Below, one piece after another: positions 1-12,000 of a DNA stretch of 64,000 nucleotides. The DNA is from Candidatus Omnitrophota bacterium (GTDB lineage: Bacteria; Omnitrophota; Gorgyraeia; Zapsychrales; JBDRMG01). Made by a program: the position numbers and the translations under genes. Within the stretch, counting starts at the first letter, position 1. Each line of letters starts with the position of its first letter. The notes under the pieces were generated by a model, which was not told where the DNA came from, searched no databases, and worked only from the letters and a program-made list of their open reading frames with translations. The stretch covers positions 2,339-66,338 of the forward strand of contig JBDRMG010000065.1 of the NCBI GenBank assembly GCA_043812495.1, in the 5' to 3' direction.

Positions 1-3000
1 GCGCTAGGGGGTAAAATTCCAGGACACACCTTTAATGTCCTTCCGTTAGATAATGACAGCATCATAGCTATTGATTTCAAAAATCGGCAAATTAAAGTAA
101 TAGGCCCGAATAACCCCGTTGATTTTACTGATGATAGAATTACTTCCGGTGATGTTCTTATAGATACATCTCCTTATGATGATGTGATTTATGCTAGCGC
201 TTGGTACAACCGCGGTAATGCCCTTACTGAATTAGGCCGCTACGCAGAAGCCATTGCCTCCTATGACAGCGCCCTTATCTACAAGCCTGATGATGCCGGT
301 GCCTTGTACAACCGCGGTAATGCCCTTACTGACTTAGGCCGCGACGCAGAGGCCCTTGCCTCCTATGACAGGGCCATTACCTACAAGCCTGATGATGTCG
401 AGGCCTGGAATAACCGCGGCGTTGCCCTTTATTATTTAGGCCGCTACGCAGAGGCCATTGCCTCATATGACAGTGCCGTTACCCACAAGCCTGATGATGC
501 CATGGCCTGGAGTAACCGCGGCATTGCCCTTCATAACTTAGGCCGCTACCCAGAGGCTATTGCCTCATATGACAGTGCCGTTACCCACAAGCCTGATTAT
601 GCCATGGCCTGGAGTAATCGCGGCATTGCCCTTAATTACTTAGGCCGCTACCTAGAGTCCCTTGCCTCCTATGACAGCGCCATTACCTACAAGCCTGATT
701 ATGCCATGGCCTGGACCAATCGCGGCATTGCCCTTCATAACTTAGGCCGCTACCCAGAGGCTATTGCCTCATATGACAGCGCCCTTACCTACGAACCTGA
801 TTATGCCAGTGCCTGGAACAACCGCGATGTTGCTAATGACGCTGCGCTCAGATTGAATAAGGCACAAAATAACAATTTATTTAATATTGACTTCCGGCAG
901 TTATTGAGCTCGGCAGTGGTTGCCGGACTTGCCTTGGTTGCAATAAATAGCGGCTTTCAGCTTATCTCCGGAGCCGGATTTGGTTCAGAATTATTCCTGC
1001 CGGCTACTTTGTTTACCGCAGGCGTGGTATCCAAAAGTAGTCCTGAAGAATTGAAAGAGAAATTATTAGGCTTACTAGCCGAGATTAATGCCTCAGTAGA
1101 GAGCTTAAGGGAGTTAGCTGACAAAGGCCAGGCCAATGATTTAAGTTCGGTTTTAGAAGAGCTTAAGGAAAAGGCAGCCAAGGCAATCAGCGCAATTGTT
1201 AACGAAACAAATGGGAATGATAATCTTGATAGTGTATTAAGGCACGATTTAAGCAATGCTTTGAATTTGGCCGGCTATTTTGATGTCTTCTTAAGGAAAG
1301 AAACAGGCAAGCAGATTGCTTCTATAAAAAGCGCCCTGCCAATGATAGAAGAAGATTTAACAAAGGCTGAAGCTATTATTAGTAATCCAAGGTTATATTT
1401 AGCCAGAAAAACTGTTGTTTCAGAAAATGAGCTTACTAATAAAGCATTGAAGGTTATTAGCCTTACTGCTCTCACCTGGCTGGGGTTAAGCCTGGCCTCA
1501 AGCGTCTTTGCCGGCCAGGGTGGGGCCGCTCTTGAATATAATCCTTGGGTTGTAATTGGTTTGTCAGCCGGGCTTACCGGCTTAGGCCTATTAACAGCTC
1601 TTCCAAAGGTAAGGAATTTTGTGAAAGAACTTTTAAGAAAAATTACGCTATCCACAGTTTTGATAACTGTGTTATCTTCATTAGCAGCTTTTGGCATTTT
1701 ATATGCCATACCAGAAGGAGAGAATATTACAACGCCTCAATTTGAAGTGAAAAACACAGATGAAGCAATCGACAGCCTCTGTGCTTATGCTGTCAGGATG
1801 CATGAGGCAGGCTACGAGGGAGAACTAGGCGGAGTCGTGAAAAGAGAAGAAAACAGCCTTTCAATTTATGTTACGGACAAGGCAGAGCATTCAGTCAGCA
1901 CTCCTTTGCCGGAAGTTGATAATGAATTCATTTGGCACATTCATCCTGAGGCTGATTTAGGTAATATAGAGAATGCCGCAAGGAGCTTACAGGTTTCAAT
2001 AGAAGATTTAGACGGTTTGCTTCTAACCAGAGAGATTGACGGAAAGGCAGTTTCTCATAAGCAGAGCATAGTAATACTTTCTGCCGAAGACAGATATGCA
2101 GCTTCTTTGGTTAATGAGCCTGATAGCCTGGATATGATATTCAGGAATATGTTTTTAGAAGACGCAGAGTCATTCGGAGAGCTATTTACTTCACCCCTCT
2201 TACGTCAGGCGGCAAGGGATGTTAAATGGGTGGGTAATCCATTAGAAGACTTTATTGAAGAACATGCTTGTTCATGGCCATTGGCTGCCAATATAATCGG
2301 CATTAAGGCAAACGTATATTATCAGGAAGAGGGCAAGACAATCGAATATGATTATACGCTTGAGTTTAACAGGAATAATGAATTGCAGGAATTCAGAAAG
2401 GAATTTAACCTAAATCATCAACCGGTTAATCAAGGCAAGGCTCCAGCCAGTGTAATCTTGAACCTGATGTTTCTTGGGTTTGGCCTGGCAGCGGCAAAGG
2501 CAGGCTCGGCTAAAGCTGATGATGGCAAAGGGTTTGAATACATAGGTGAAGCAAGAGTAACGGGCGGAGCACAGTATAGCCCTGAAATATCTATGGCAAA
2601 GATAATGAAGGGCATGAGAATTGACGGGTTTGGTGAGATGCTTTTTATTCTTGTGTTAGGCGAATACAAAGCTACAAAATCATCATTTAAATTTATTAGG
2701 ATGATAACTGCGCAACGAGCTGACGAATTAGACACAGTGCCTGAGGATAGGTTCCATGCTCATATTGATTACAGAAAGAAATTAATAATGCCGAGAGAAT
2801 TATTTAGAGAATCCGGGATAAAATTTCAAGAGCAAGTTGTTTTCGTAAACGCTGGTTTTCCGGAAGGTGAATTACGCATTTATTCGAAAAGAGATTGGGA
2901 TAAATTGGTTGACTTAAAAGTAGTAACCTTAGCCGGTTTAGGCTTGGGAGTATTTTTATTAAACCAATTTGTTCCTTCGCTGACTAATCTTAATACCGGG

Positions 3001-6000
3001 GTAGCAGCCCAGGCAGATATGTTAACTGCGTTTATAGCACTGGGTATTTTAGCCTTAGCCGGTATTTGCGTTAAGCTTCTTGGTTACTTACGCGCCGGGC
3101 CGGTTGATTGGATTAAAAATATAGAACTTCCGCTTTTAACTGTTTGTGCCTTGGCATTTATAACCAGAGTCATTAATCTTAATTACAACGGCCCATTTAT
3201 TGATGAATCTTTCTATTCTGTAGCCAAAGATATAGGCAACGTCTTTTATATTACCGGCGAGGCTTATCTGTGGCCGGTTGTTTCCAATTTCGCTCATACA
3301 ATAGGCGGGGTGGTAGGGGCGCGCTTTGTAACGGCTTTATTTGGCACTTTGACAGCAGGGTTTGTCTATAAGGCCGCAGAAATTTTTGCAGTTAAATTTA
3401 ATGCTAAGGATAATAAGTACGTTGGTTGCTTAGCTGGTTTAATCTTTGCATTGTCTGCACCTGCATTGCTAACTAGCACTGTAGCAGGTTATGATGCCAT
3501 GGCCTTTATGCTCTATGCCTTTGGCTTCTGGCAATTGACTAAAGGACTGGAAACAAGCAGCAAAAAATCACTTTTAATTGCAGCGGCGGCATTGGCCATT
3601 TCTGCTGATACGAGGTATATGTTAATTGGCTTTTTACCCGTTGCAGTTATCTACGCTATTTATTCTAGCGTCTTCAACAAAAATAAATTAACCACATTAG
3701 CCTATTTCTTATTACCTTTAAGTATTTTAGCCGGAGGTTACGTATATCTAAATCATGAACATGTGTTTGCAGCCTTAAACCATGCCCGCAATTTAGGATT
3801 ATCATTAGCTAAGGCACAGACAATCAGCTATATATTGGCCAATATTCTTGTCAGGATTGCTCCAGTTATAGTGTTGGCCGGTATTGGCCTGGCAGTATAT
3901 TTAAACAAGGCAATCAGAGATAGATCTATAAGGCAGATAACAAATATTGCGTTCCTGGTTAGCGCAGCTGTAGTTATAGCCGCTTATCATATCTGTGCTG
4001 GCAATGATTTTACCTTGAATAGGAACTTAACAATGACTGTTATGTTTGGTTCTATCTTAGCCGGGTTAGGCTTAAATTATTTCATCAGCAATTTGAAGAG
4101 GGCGAAATACATAATTATAGGCCTGCTCTTATCAGTCTTACTTATCCAGGCGAAAACAGTCGTTAATAAAGACCAAGCCTGGCCGGATTGGAGACCGGTT
4201 GTTAGCAGCGTGCATGATTTAGATATACCAGCTTATTGTAATTGGCGTATTTGGTGTACGACGAATAATGGCGGAAATGTCTGGCAACTAAGGGCTGAAT
4301 TTGGCAAGAGGGTAGATGAAGCCTCTCCCTGGTATGCTGATAATCCCATGGATGTTTTAAAGCAGGCCTCAGGCAAACTTATTCCAGTAGTTGTTGGGCC
4401 AATACCAGGAACAGACCTTGATGTCGGAGATAAAATTTGTGGATATGTTGTAAGGCAAGTTGTTGTTATCCCTGGCTATTCGAAAATTTATATTCTTGAA
4501 TATCTATCTGTTTATGAGTCAGAACAGAGCGCTACGCAGCAATCACAGCCAATCACTCAGGTCACCACCAACACCACCTCCCCAGCCGAGAAGAAAGAAA
4601 CAGAAGGCACCAGCGTAGCTGCGGAGATTAGTCAACCCCACGTATACTTATTGCCCCACCTACATTTAGCGCCTTCCCAGAAGCGAGATGTATTGGACAA
4701 ATTAGAGCAATTAGAGAGAGCAATGGAACAATTTTCTACCCCTGCATCAGACTCTATCTTAATGTTTAAAGCAGACATTGAAAATATATTTGCCAGCAGC
4801 CGCGAGATACTTGCTCAATATAGCCGCGAGGCAGAAGCTATTAAACAAGTTGTCAATAATCCTGTTAACAAAATAAGACGCATCGGGGTAGAGGCTGATC
4901 AAGCATATGTTTATGATTTTCTGGAAGGCGCTCAATTTAAATTACACAATCTGGAAAGTATGATGCAGTGGGTGGGCTTTGAAGATTATAAACAAAAAGC
5001 CAAAGACCTTTTACTCGTTATTTATGGCCCTGTCTTTTATTTATACGTTACAGGATATGAGCCTATCGCATCAGATACTATAGAGATAATAGGGGTAGAA
5101 TCTAACGATTTAATGTTTAGTCATTCGGTAGTTTTTAGCTCATTGGTTAGGCATTACAATCAGGACCTGCCGCGTTCAGGAGCAATGCAGCCATTGCTAA
5201 ATTTGATCGAGAATATGTTGGGCGATAAAACGAAAATCCCTATGCAAAGCGAAATTGATAGTGCAATTTCTGCGGCGCGTAAAGACTCTACGCTTATAGC
5301 AAATTCACAGTTATGGTTAGTTCGAGACGTAAAAGGGTGTATAGAAGGTTTTATAGACATAGCAAATGAACGCGATGAGTTTGTTTTTTCAAAGATACAG
5401 GCTGATTCTACTAATATATTGATTGTGCGAGGGAGAGGGCATGAGTCAAAACTGCGGGAATTGTTTAAGGAAGGATTAATTGAGATAGATTCTCTCGATT
5501 CAGGGCCCTTGCATAAGGCAAATAATAAAGAATCCGGCTTTATCAATCCAGACAGCAGTCTGCAACTGAGCGAGAATCAATCTCAGCAGCCCTTCAAGCA
5601 GAGCTCACTACTACCTTTATTCTTACTCAGCCTTATCTCAGTAAGGCCAACGAGAAGACACCGCAGGAACTTTGCCGCAACCAGGGCAACTACAGGAGTC
5701 AGAAGAGAAGGTTACTTACGCGCCGGGCCGGTTAAGGGTTTGATTTTGAGCATCCTTTTTGCCGCAGCTTTATATATCTCGCCAGTTTTTTCCACCCCCG
5801 CATATTCAGATAATTCAGCAAACCAATCAGCTTACAGCGATACAGTCAAAGATGTGATTAAGAATATAAGAGACAGTTATTTTCCTTTTCCAAATAATGA
5901 TTCCATGGGGACAGTCAGGGAATTTGACGATTTAGACAATATCGCTTCCAACATAGATGCCTGGGCAGAGTTTATAAATTTCTGCACATGGATGTCTCAA

Positions 6001-9000
6001 AAAACAGAAGACGTGGAGGAAAAAGCCCTTTATGACTCCTTGGCCAGCGGAGTTATCAATTTCGCCATAGCTACACAAGATGAAAGAGGGGCTAATTTTA
6101 CGAGACGGCTGTTTATGCCGGCTTCGGCTTCCCAGCCTTATGATTTTAGAACAGGCTTTAATTCTAGCTTATGGTCTGCAATTGTCAACAATTACAGGCT
6201 TAATCCCAGAGAAAAGCTTTTAGAGCCTATGCAAAGTTTTACCCTTTGGCTTCTTGACCAACAGCAGACAGATACAGATACAGCTTATCAGGCAAGCTTA
6301 GGAGCGTTTAGCCGGGGAGATGTCTTTTATAATCCTGATAATCAATATGACCCTGAAGATGGGTATATTCCGCCCGCGGTCATAGATTCTCTTCATTATA
6401 CTGTTGTGGCTACCTCACGCGCTATGGGCTACATGGAGAATTATTACGGTATCATTCAATATACGGATACAGAGTTAGCCTTAGAAATCCAAGAGGCTAT
6501 CAAGCTGGCTAATAATTGGCTATTGACACAGTATCAGGACTATGGGATGTATGCCTTCTTTAATGTAGGCTGTGACCTCTACGGAAAGAACCTGCCTTTC
6601 GCTGGATTTCCGGATTTATTGTTAGAGTCTCAGGTCCTGCCTCTCTATGTATGGGATTATATAAGCTGGCTGGGAGTTGATTTGACTTCCTACAAGGGGG
6701 GCGTAGATTGGCTTATCGCCATATACGAGAAAGAGATAGAGTTTAACGCTAATAATATTAAAGGGTTTTCAAGAAATACATTTGGCGACCCTTCCCAGGA
6801 GAGCGTCGCTTCGCACAGCACTCTTATGGCAGCAGGGACGCTGGATTTATTAGGCGATAGCGCAGAGGCCTCATTTTACAGCAATGAAGTTAGCAAGTTA
6901 ATTACTGATGAGGGAGGAATAATATTTAGCGCAAGCAATGCCGGCAACCTGCCGTTTCCTTCCGACTATCATTATTCTTATGTCGTATCCGGCATCTGGT
7001 ATGTATATTCTGCCTTTGGCGTAAACGGCTTTAATCCTTTTGAGGTTGAGGATTCAATAATTACTCCTGAACAGCCGTTTATACTTCATCAAAATTATGC
7101 CAATCCGTTTGGAGGGGAAGGCACTACCATTGAGTATGAATTAAAGGAGCCTGTCAAAACAGTAGATATAGAAATCTTCAATATCCTGGGCCAGAAGGTT
7201 ATAGAATTCAGAGACTTGGAAAACGGGAAAGGAATTCACGAGATTAGATGGGATGGCAAGGACGGCAATGGAGAAGGCTCAGCCAGCGGTATTTACTTTT
7301 ACAGGTTAAAGGTTGACGGCCGCATAATAGAGTCAAAGAAGGCAATGTTGATTGGCGCAGCAGAAGATGATAATGCGCCGGTATACGGACAGGAAGAAAC
7401 TTCTCCAACCCTACCTCTTTTAGCTGGATTACTTCTGACTCCTGCGATTGTTACCAGAAGAAGAAAGACAGGCATTTTAAAGACTGCTGTTATGTTAGCC
7501 GGCCTTGGCTATGCCAAAGGCATTGGGTTTGTAAACGCCTTAGCAGAAATTATCCAGGCCAGATTCTTCCATAAACGAAGAGCCGCGCTGCGCAGGCTGG
7601 CTTCCAAGGCCGTCAGCAAAGGCGCTTTCGTGTATAACAAAATAGCTGAAAGGTTAAAGGAATTGCGGTCTCCTCGCTCTGTCGCTGCTGAAACAGAAAC
7701 AGCTCATTCCTCAGGTGAGGCTTTGACTTCATTGGCAGAAATCGAAAGAGCTATTCTTTCGGCTGAGGAAATCATCATTCAAGCTAAGAAACAAATAATA
7801 AAATGGGCGCTTGGCATGTCGATTCCTTTCCTATTTTTGCTTCAGGTATTACGCGCAGGTCTGACAAACGCGGACGCATATTATTTCTTCCCGACGAGAT
7901 ATATTTTAATTTTGGCTTCCCTGGCGGGACTTATCATGACGGCCGTGGGTGTTGCACGGCAAATCAGGAATTATAGAATTTTGCGTAGTCGCGAAAGGAT
8001 TGTCCGGGAATATAAAGGCATTATTGCGGAAAGCAAAAATTTACTTGCATCTCTTGAAAGAAACGGAGCGGGAGAAGGCGCCCAATCCGATGCCGACCAA
8101 ACTCTCCACGCCAACTTCATCACGCCAGAGATTATTGCGGTCATCGGGCTGATCCTTATGATTGCCGGAATTATGTATGCGCTGCGACTGTCAGGGACCT
8201 GTCCCGCTGGTTTTGCCAAAGGCAAAACTACCAGTGGGACAGGTCCCGAAGCCGCTATGAAGATAGCCTCGGGACCTGTCCCTGCTTTTCTGATTGTGAC
8301 GGGGATAACTTTGGCGGGGACGGGGATTTTAGCGAACAACAATCATCGCGACTTGCCGAGGACTTTCAAGAATTCAGCGGCAGGAAGGATGGGAATTTTA
8401 CCGAAATTTCCAAGGGACAACAGATGGCGGTCGCCGGATACGATACAATCAACCCCGCCTTCCCTGGCGGCATGGAGGAATTTATCATCCGAGGGGTCAG
8501 CTTTGACAATGGGATCCCTCCGGAGCGGTTCGACAAAGAACGCCTGGTCTTTGATTGTTTCCGCGATCTTCAGCACAGTGGCTTTTGGGATAATTTTCTC
8601 GAACTTGGGACGGTTGATCACTTCGACGAACTCATCAAAAATTCTGTCCGATAGGACCAGCGTAAATGTTTCCTGGGAGAGTTTATCGAGAATTTTGCCG
8701 CAATGGGAATACGGCTTCAGCAGGCCGGAAACAACAATGTTTGTGTCAACAACGGCCTTGAGCATATTGGTCTTGACGGTAGGCTTTTATTTCATCGTTA
8801 ATTTCTTTTTGAGAAACAAGATGTCTCCTAAGACGCTTGCGAATATCCTTAAAGATACCCTGCCATCTTTCGCGAAAGGTTTCGTTGTTAAGCTTGCGCG
8901 CCAATTTCAGCTTAAATCTCTTAGGCATGCGGTCAACGATTTTCTCGACCTCTTTTTCCGATATATTCATAGAATATTTAATCACGGTTTCTTCTCCTCC

Positions 9001-12000
9001 GATAAATTAAGTATAGTCGCTTTCTCTTGGCCTGTCAATAATTACTCCCCGGTTTCTAACCGCGATTCCCGCGAACTCCAGGCTAATTTCATCATGCCGG
9101 CCATAATGGCCGTCGCGGCGGTCGTATTGATCATGTACGGTATGATGGTAATAGCTGGCTTATTTAAGAATCAAATGCGCGCCTCTTCCATCCAGTGCCA
9201 GGGCCCGCCTAAAGGCGAGGCACGCCCGCCGGCGAAAACGAGAATTTCCCCCGCCCTAGCCATCCTCGCTCTTTCCGCTGTTCCTGCCTTCATCATTCTT
9301 TTCGCCGTCTTCTCCGAACACAGCCTTGCGTTTATGCCGGTCGCGTTGTCTGATATTGCTTTGCCGGGATTGATGGGAGTAATACGAATTACCTCCGCTA
9401 ATAAAAATGAAATCATTGCCGAAAACAATGGCATCACAGATCCCAATCTCATCTATCCGCAAGACACCATCCAGATGAAAGGATTTATTCTTCCGTTAGA
9501 TCTTTTAAGTCATCCTCTTGTCGTGTTATTGCTCATCGTTGCGGTTGCCGTTCTAAGCTTTAACAGAGTGCGCGAGAGACTCCTGACCATCGGACTTGGC
9601 GCTTTACTCCTATTCTCGGTGTATGCGCTCACGCCGTCCTATGACTCCTCTGATAAGACCTCAAGAATCCCGGCAGGATTGATACAGCAAATTCCGGATC
9701 ATTCAGGCATCCCGCAGGCAGGGCAACGCGCATCCGATTCCCCTGTTGTCAACGGAGCTACCGAAACTCCCCAAGAGGCCATTGTGTCTTATGTCATTAA
9801 ATCCGGCGACACCCTCACGGAAATCATCGAACGGGAACTCGGCGTCTCGGCCTATCGCCCGGTTGTCAATGGCCAGATGCCCTATGAAATCATTGCCGAA
9901 AACAATGGCATCACAGATCCCAATCTCATCTATCCGCAAGACACCATCCAGATGAGATCATTCCTTGGAGACATTTTCACGCCCGGGACCCTAGCGATCA
10001 TCGCCTTTGCTCTTATAGTTGCCGGAATTATATGTGTTTATCAACTCTTAAAAAACCGCGCGGCGGTTAAGGACATGCTTGAAACATCCCTGCAGCGCCA
10101 GGGCCCGCCCGCATCCGCCGTTCCAGCGCGAGCCGGGGTTCTCCCAGCTTCATCCAGAGGCGGACGCCGATGGCGACAGCCGAGACGACCGGTCATTTCG
10201 AGCGGATCTAGATGGGAAGTTTTCGCTTTTGCCGCATTGCTCATCGGGTTTATCTTCTTCTTTAAACCTTCGGCTGCCAAGGCTTCGGATTTTGTCGAAG
10301 ATCAAGATGGCAAGATCACCGCTGTTAACGTGGAATCCGGAGACACCTGGGGTCATATCACGCTTGATTATTACAAAACCCAAGGCCAAGGCGTTGGACA
10401 GCTCTGGGGACCGGACGGAAAGGCGTATACGCTTTGGAGTGAGGTTTATGGGCCAGGTTCAGATTATACAGATATGGATCACATAAGAACCGGCGAAACC
10501 ATTGATCTGACAGGACAGAGTCAAGAGGCAGGGGCAGCTAAATCTCCAACAAAATCCAAGAGTATACAGAAATCCGCAAGAGTCAAGAAGACCGAACCAA
10601 ACAAACAAAATCAGTCAAATCCAGCTAAATCACCTGTCAAATCCGCTCAACCAGAACCAGATTCAACGACAAAACCAGTGAAGAATTCTTCGGCCGGAAT
10701 TTCTCCGGATAGCTTGAAAGACAATTCGAAAATCCAATCTCAAGACAGCGCGAAGGCCGTTGATTCGACTCAAAACAAAAATGCCAATCTATCAAAAGAC
10801 AGCACAAAGGACAAATCATCTCAGAATAAAGGGTCCTCAAGCGGCAAGATCGGCGACGGACAATTTGTCTGGAAATTATTCGGCCCTATCGGAGCTGCTC
10901 TTCTCGCGATGATGGTCGCTGGAATCGCCTTTATTCTTCTTCGAGGCAGAAGCAAGGCAACGCCAAAACAAACAAAGAAAGAATCTGCAGCTACGCCTAA
11001 TGCCGGAGGAGAAAAGGCCGAAGACGTTCCTGGAGATACAGAAGAAGGTACGCCAATAGTTGAAGCTGCAGTTGTCGCTGGATCACAAGAAGCTTCCCAA
11101 ACAGTTGAGCCTGCGGACACGCAAGCCGTTGCTGCTGAAGGAACCGAAGTAAAACCCGAAGAGCCAGGCAATGGGTCTTCTGCTGAAGCTGAAGTTGTCG
11201 CTGGACCACAAGAAGATTCCCAAACAGTTGAGCCTTCGGACAATACTCAAGAAGAAAAACCACAAGCCGTTGTTTCTGAAGGAACCGAAGAAAAATCCGA
11301 AGGATCAGACAACGGGTCTTCTGCTGAAGCTGCAGTTGTTGCTGGATCACAAGAAGCTTCCCAAACAGTTGAGCCTGCGGACACGCAAGCCGTTGTTTCT
11401 GAAGGAACCGAAGTAAACTCCGAAGGATCAGACAACGGGTCTTCTGCTGAAGCTGAAGATTTCGTTGAGCAGGTACTGAATCATGACATTAGCGATCCCC
11501 TTAAGGATCAAAAAGGAAAGCAAGATGATGAACCTGGCGATGCCTCCGACACCCAAGGAGAGGAAACTTCTGGAATCGCTTCAGATGAACAAAACGCCGG
11601 AGATTTTCCGGTATCCGTTGAAGTTCGGGACGAAAAGAATACAGAAGCCGGAGTCCAGGGGCCTGGTCAGGAACCGGTTCGGGAACCGGCGTCTAGTGAT
11701 AATCCTGAAACCGGAGAACAGGACTATATTCCTTTGTGGATGATGGATGAGGATCCTCTCGGCGCAGTAGAGGATGGCTTCGAATTCCCAGAAGAAATAT
11801 CTGATTACACGGTCGAAGCACCGGACGCAACCGGAAAAATAGTCACATTCGCCTCCGGCCAAACATACTACATGGCCTATTACGATATGGAAACCGTCCT
11901 CTCGGACATGGCCACGCGGATTACCATAAAAGAGGACGGCAACGTCGTCGTTCGATTCGATGGAATAGGAAAATCTTATTTCTCGAAAGAACTATTTACC

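Noticed and set aside
8193-8284. Intein or homing-endonuclease insertion as the explanation for in-frame element A
   Set aside because: The element is only about 30 codons and lacks the Cys/Ser N-terminal and His-Asn C-terminal splice junction residues. Its sub-hairpins are inverted between copies, which fits a nucleic-acid structural element rather than a protein one.
10821-11435. Minus-strand ORFs 10821-11243, 10997-11350 and 11247-11435 as genes
   Set aside because: They lie in the acidic tandem-repeat region 11040-11460, where repetition keeps several frames open. Their sequences are repeat-derived low complexity.
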